A stretch of 63,658 bases of DNA, the filler included, from Rhabdomonas costata (Eukaryota): NCBI GenBank assembly GCA_019059605.1. It is 48 parts of 48 records of this genome, joined end to end, with 100 filler letters (N's around TTAATTAATTAA, not from the genome) between each part and the next. Parts side by side here need not be neighbours in the genome. Positions count along the whole stretch, not along the records: positions 61,105 to 62,331 come from JAHMHO010022838.1; positions 62,432 to 63,658 come from JAHMHO010022839.1; 46 more parts are not named here. The stretch is one strand, 5' to 3'. Below are positions 62,321 through 63,658 of the stretch, one piece after another. A program made the translations under genes and the position numbers. Below the pieces are notes generated by a model that searched no databases, had not been told where the DNA came from, and was given only the letters and a program-made list of their open reading frames with translations. Positions within the stretch are counted from its first letter, which is position 1. Every line of letters starts with the position of its first letter.

Positions 62321-63036
62321 ACCACCAACCCNNNNNNNNNNNNNNNNNNNNNNNNNNNNNNNNNNNNNNNNNNNNTTAATTAATTAANNNNNNNNNNNNN
62401 NNNNNNNNNNNNNNNNNNNNNNNNNNNNNNNTGTTGTTTGTGACTACGTCTAGTAATCATGGCTGTACTTGGTGATTTCGTGTGTATGTAGTCTCCACGC
62501 CGTATTTATGTTCGGCATTTTTTCTGAGGGGAACATGAAATTCGCTGATTGGGGTTTTTTTTGGAGTGGAATTCAACGTGGTAGTGGTGCAGGCGGCTCT
62601 CAAATGACCGCTGTATTCTTCAATAGATTCTTTATCAGTTGATTGGTACCTTTTTGTTCTGCGCTGTACACGCGTGGCCTGGCAGGTCAAACTCAAAGTG
62701 GCGCAGCCCTCTGGACTCTGCCCTGCGGTTTTGCACGGGTGACGAGGACCCTGTGGGCTGCTGTGTCGTTCTCCTGAGCAAGCTTCCAGGTTTGTTTGAG
62801 ACTTGGGGCATGCGACCTGGGAAAATTTTGTTGTCACCTCTTTATTGTCCAGGAAGTTTGCGGCTCAGCGCAATGTGTTAGCTCGTCAAGGAAGGAGCTG
62901 GCACGCGATAGAGTTTGAGCGAGCTCAAACAATTGGATGAAAATGTGAGAGTTACAATTTAGAGCTGAAACGTAGGAAAATGAGATTCCTTTTTTTATAT
63001 TTCTCTGAAATTTTATGGACTGCGCCCGTGGTGCAG

Positions 63037-63170
63037 ATGTTACCCCTCGTGCCTATGAGGTGCTGATGGGTGTGGTGGCCGACGCGGGCGACGAGATGGG
63101 GCAGCGGTACTTCCTTCTGCTGAGTATCCTCAGGGAGGCCTTCGGCAACAGAGCAATCTCTGTGCAGGAG
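63037..63170 (+). CDS. Probable exon of an unidentified protein
   Basis: GC-rich block VTPRAYEVLMGVVADAGDEMGQRYFLLLSILREAFGNRAISVQE between gcAG and GTgtcg. Confidence 0.4.
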
Positions 63171-63658
63171 GTGTCGACCATACACAAAAACACAACCCGA
63201 TCGAAGATCCAAGCCCAGAACGCACTCACTTGAACACCAACACTCACCCACCCACTCAAACATGTGAGAGGTATCGGTGCGCATATGTATAAGAGTATGG
63301 GTGTGGAATCAGTGCATTTCTGTGCCGAACGTACGCCGCGTCTTTTGCGGTGTTCGTGTTTCGGGTTTCCCGACGCATGCACAACGTGCTTCATATCAAC
63401 CACTCAAAAGACAAAGAAAGTTCAACATCAACACAATGCAATGTGTCGAGTAAGGTGTTTCTTTCGCGTTTCTTTTGTGCAAACCATCGTTGTGGAGAGC
63501 TGGAGATGATGATTATAGAGGAGGCACGATGATGCAGGGATCGCAGCATCTCACTGCTCACGCGCGTCAAGACTCATCTGCGCAGCGGAACGCTCAGCGC
63601 AGCCAATGCCGGCAGGTGGCACCAAAATATGTTCGTATATCCAACGACCCACAAAAAC

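Noticed and set aside
1229..62431. Regularly spaced TTAATTAATTAA palindromes resembling an array
   Set aside because: They are synthetic six-frame-stop linkers inside N runs, not CRISPR or biological repeats.

Overview
This window is not one locus. It is 48 unrelated contigs of about 1.2 kb joined by artificial N44-TTAATTAATTAA-N44 spacers. Many contig ends carry G/T-only or A/C-only tails and fold-back repeats typical of whole-genome amplification, so no neighbourhood inference across spacers is valid. Most contigs come from an intron-rich flagellate eukaryote with GT-AG introns, probably a euglenid (inference). Host exons include two dynein heavy chains, an adenylate cyclase, five receptor-type sensor fragments, an Arf GTPase, and BAG, F-box/WD40, ankyrin, OYE, DUS, FGase-like and Whirly/MRP-like proteins. 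Decayed mobile elements include CRE-like RLE non-LTR, Ty3/gypsy gag and pol, a DIRS-type adenine methylase and MITE candidates. The standout is the AT-rich, intronless contig at 57127-58350, which looks like a Polinton-like virus or virophage fragment. It encodes an adenain-type maturation protease next to a basic protein with three exact adenain cleavage sites, plus a repeated pre-ATG motif, an intergenic hairpin and a -1-frame extension ending in an F-box-like motif. All family assignments are by motif recognition; no database searches were run.
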